Below are positions 25,171 through 27,507 of a stretch of DNA of 27,507 bases, one piece after another. The stretch's first letter is position 1. Every line of letters starts with the position of its first letter. Below the pieces are notes generated by a model, which saw only the letters and a program-made list of their open reading frames with translations, had not been told where the DNA came from and did not search any database. The DNA comes from Candidatus Margulisiibacteriota bacterium (GTDB lineage: Bacteria > Margulisbacteria > WOR-1 > XYC2-FULL-46-14 > JAHJBW01): contig JAHJBW010000082.1 in NCBI GenBank assembly GCA_018813405.1, forward strand, positions 1-27,507, read 5' to 3'. Position numbers and translations under genes: made by a program.

Positions 25171-25522
25171 CCGGTTTCTCCTCTGGGGCGGCAGGGAAGC
25201 TAATTTCTTCTGGTTCGGCAGCAGCTTTTAGAATGGTCCTGGTGATCATGAACCTGACAACATCTTCCTGCAGTCTGAGCGCCGAACGGAGCAGGTTGGC
25301 GGTCTTTCCTTCTCCCTTGAAGACCAGAAGAACATAAAAAGCTTCTCTAAGATTTTTGTGTTTTTGGAACCGGAAATTGAGCCTCTTTAACCCCCAGTTA
25401 TCGGTCTTTTCTATGGCTCCGCCGCCATCGGTTATGCGTTTCTCAAAACGCTTAAGGATAGCCAGCCTTTTTTCTTCAGTTGTTTGCGGATGGAACACTA
25501 TCAGGGCATCATACGAATGCAT
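25154..25522 (-). CDS. rpsF: 30S ribosomal protein S6
   Basis: YDALIVFHP, WGLKRLNF, FYVLL, VVRFMI; AGGAGG SD; heads the rpsF-ssb-rpsR-rplI operon. Confidence 0.93.
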   Translation of the reverse strand: MHSYDALIVFHPQTTEEKRLAILKRFEKRITDGGGAIEKTDNWGLKRLNFRFQKHKNLREAFYVLLVFKGEGKTANLLRSALRLQEDVVRFMITRTILKAAAEPEEISFPAAPEEKPVGEPK

Positions 25523-25548
25523 ACACTTCCTCCTTTGATCAAAGGTTA

Positions 25549-25577
25549 ATTATACCATAAATTGCGGCTCCCATCAA
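25549..25577 (-). promoter_or_regulatory. Sigma70-type promoter of the rpsF operon
   Basis: TTGATG (25577-25572), 17 nt, TG-G-TATAAT (25557-25549). Confidence 0.65.
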
Positions 25578-25587
25578 CAAAAAGGGG

Positions 25588-26304
25588 TTAATTGGAAATG
25601 GTGAAAGGATATTTCCTGATGTTATCGTCTTTATTGCGCTCTTTTTCCTGCGTAACAACTTTTACCACAAAATCGTTCCCGTCCTGAAAGCTTTCTTCAA
25701 GCCCTGTAAGGGGCTTGACCACGAACGGCACATCTATGGTCCTGCTGGTCCCGACTGTTTGATTGTTTACCGTCGCCTGGCCGAGTTTCACTTCCTTGTT
25801 ATCCCTGGATGCCGCACCCGCATAATAAGCCTGCCTGAATATTTCCACAGTATAAGGCAGATCGATGGGCTCACCTTCCAAATAAACCGACACTTTAGCA
25901 GCGTAAGAATTGCCCAGCACCACACTGGAAGGCAGCAGGGCCTGTTTTACTACAAGGTTTGGGGATGGGGTTTCAAACACGAAATCCTCGGAGGCAACAG
26001 CCTGTCCGCCTTTCTCGGTTGACATGACCATGTAATGATAAAGCGTGCCTCCCTCAAGGCCATCAAGCTTTACCTGGTGCTGCACACCGTCATCGCCAGT
26101 GGAAAATCGATCATAGTTCTTTGATTTCCCCCATTTGACCTTGGAAGTAGAGTAGTTGCTGGTTTGCCACACAATGGCGCATTTGTGCTTTGATATCCAC
26201 TGGGCGCGGGGCCCGTCAAGCATCCTTAGCCTGGCGTGGGAAGGCACAATAAATATAATAGAAAGAAGGGCCAGAATAGATGTCTTTAGAATATTCTTAT
26301 ACAT
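25588..26304 (-). CDS. Secreted protein with an FN3-like (purple acid phosphatase N-terminal type) domain and a second Ig-like (CARDB-like) domain
   Basis: Signal peptide ending PSHA; AIVWQT..STSKVKWG..HQVKLDGLEGGTLYHYMV; PNLVVKQ-type start of the second beta domain. Confidence 0.55.
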   Translation of the reverse strand: MYKNILKTSILALLSIIFIVPSHARLRMLDGPRAQWISKHKCAIVWQTSNYSTSKVKWGKSKNYDRFSTGDDGVQHQVKLDGLEGGTLYHYMVMSTEKGGQAVASEDFVFETPSPNLVVKQALLPSSVVLGNSYAAKVSVYLEGEPIDLPYTVEIFRQAYYAGAASRDNKEVKLGQATVNNQTVGTSRTIDVPFVVKPLTGLEESFQDGNDFVVKVVTQEKERNKDDNIRKYPFTISN

Positions 26305-27280
26305 TAAACCTTACCAGCACCAGGTCCCCGTCCTTGACCAGGTAATCCCGGCCTGAAAGATGGACCCTTCCAGTGTCCCTCAATTTAGCATAACTGCCCG
26401 CCGCCAGCAAGTCGTTATATGAAACGATCTCGGCGGAGATAAACCCGCGCTCCATGTCCGAATGCACTTTGCCCGCCGCTTTTTGCACCGGCGTCCCGGC
26501 AGGCACAGTCCACGCTCGAGTTTCTTTATTGTTGGAGGTATAAAATGTGATAAGTTCCAAAAGTTTATAACCTGCTTCAATTAACTCAGTTAAGCCTTGT
26601 TCCAGCGGGGCGCAAACCGAAATGGCTCCCGGAATTTTAGCCGCCTGATCGGGATTGCCCGTCTCATCTACGCTGGCAACAAAAAGGACGGGCTTGGACG
26701 TAAGCAGGGCTAGATCTTCGATTTCATCAAGCTGCCCAAAGTCGCGGGCGGTATTCCCCGCGTCCAAATGCTCGCGAAGTTTTTTGCAGGACTCAAATTC
26801 CTTAATGATCTTTTTATCGCCGGTTTTGACCGAGGAAGTTAGCTTTTCAAGCTTGCGGTCCAGGGTTTGGATGTCAGAGAGGATCAATTCAAGGTTTATG
26901 GTATCGATATCTTTTAGCGGATCGACACGGCCTTCTACATGCACGATATTCGGGTCTGGGAAACAGCGGACCACGTGGACAATGGCATCCACTTCGCGGA
27001 TGTGGGAAAGGAACTGATTGCCGAGCCCCTCCCCCTTGTGTGCGCCTTTGACCAGCCCGGCAATGTCGTAGAACTCGATGATTGTTGGAATGGCCTTGGC
27101 AGAGCCCATGATCTTTTGAATGTTGAGGAGCCGTTCATCGGGCACCGCAACTATGCCAACATTTTTGTCGATGGTACAAAATGGATAGTTGGAGACATTC
27201 ACGCTGTTTTTTGTGAGCGCGTTAAAGAGCGTTGATTTGCCCACATTGGGAAGCCCGACGATGCCCAAGGAAAAGCTCAT
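26297..27280 (-). CDS. ychF: Obg-family ATPase YchF (shortened)
   Basis: GIVGLPNVGKSTLFNALT, NYPFCTI, DIAGLVKGA, GEGLGNQFL, TGS domain RAWT...KDGD; 327 aa. Confidence 0.95.
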   Translation of the reverse strand: MSFSLGIVGLPNVGKSTLFNALTKNSVNVSNYPFCTIDKNVGIVAVPDERLLNIQKIMGSAKAIPTIIEFYDIAGLVKGAHKGEGLGNQFLSHIREVDAIVHVVRCFPDPNIVHVEGRVDPLKDIDTINLELILSDIQTLDRKLEKLTSSVKTGDKKIIKEFESCKKLREHLDAGNTARDFGQLDEIEDLALLTSKPVLFVASVDETGNPDQAAKIPGAISVCAPLEQGLTELIEAGYKLLELITFYTSNNKETRAWTVPAGTPVQKAAGKVHSDMERGFISAEIVSYNDLLAAGSYAKLRDTGRVHLSGRDYLVKDGDLVLVRFNV

Positions 27281-27435
27281 GATTTATTATAACATTAGTA
27301 TCCAAGCAGATATAACATATAGGTTATATATCATGGATGGAAATATAGCTTTTGTGTTATATCAGCTCTGGGAAAACCGCCTTCTAATACCCCGCCCAGG
27401 CACGAAGGGGTATATGGAAACATTAAAGCACCCGA

Positions 27436-27494
27436 TTGACATCTTTTTACGGTTTGCTATCATTACCTCAGCATCAAAGTAAGCTGGCCAGGAG
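27436..27494 (+). promoter_or_regulatory. Promoter and SD of a plus-strand gene starting at ATG 27502 (gene cut by the window edge)
   Basis: TTGACA (27436-27441), 16 nt, TATCAT (27458-27463) with upstream TG; AGGAG at 27490-27494; ATG 27502. Confidence 0.6.
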
Positions 27495-27507
27495 ACCTAT
27501 TATGACA

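Noticed and set aside
27310-27337. ATATAACATAT resembling a XerD arm (9/11)
   Set aside because: No XerC arm at the required 6-bp spacing; better explained as the 7-6-7 inverted repeat reported above.
27189-27482. 97-aa plus-strand ORF (and its internal 49-aa MDGNIAF... sub-ORF)
   Set aside because: It overlaps ychF antisense and runs through two promoter regions, with no SD or recognisable motif.
1-27507. CRISPR array, transposase, integrase, rRNA, retron or reverse transcriptase
   Set aside because: No regularly spaced repeats or matching protein motifs were seen by eye anywhere in the window.

Overview
A mostly housekeeping bacterial chromosome segment. The gene mix would fit Ca. Margulisbacteria/Saganbacteria, but that is inference only. 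Left part, minus strand: RRM protein-yqeK-LCP-rsfS-tRNA-Ala(GGC)-ppdK (ppdK is cut by the window edge). Next are a stand-alone NIF3/YqfO PII-like gene, a BtuF/BtuC/BtuD-type ABC importer whose permease has a 1-nt frameshift, a DUF89 phosphatase, a single-domain response regulator and ftsK. Right part: leuC-leuD(HacAB type)-archease-MgtC-miaA on plus. On minus lie ychF, a secreted Ig-like protein, rpsF-ssb-ssb-rpsR-rplI-uvrC(compact), and M23-S41-PGI/PMI-NDP-sugar transferase-hisD. The most interesting region is an AT-richer two-gene insert between ftsK and leuC (10490-13100). It encodes a GHKL/HATPase domain without a histidine phosphoacceptor domain and a divergent UDPGP-family (eukaryote-type UDP-sugar pyrophosphorylase-like) protein. 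Both are preceded by the same CTGAAATT-N16-GATAA motif, which resembles a sigma-28 promoter, and the second gene has a structured leader containing uORFs. Other oddities: many apparently leaderless transcripts, tandem ssb genes, an L9 lacking its N-terminal loop, a shortened YchF and a shortened UvrC. No CRISPR array, rRNA or transposase was seen. All family calls come from motif recognition by eye; no database searches were run.
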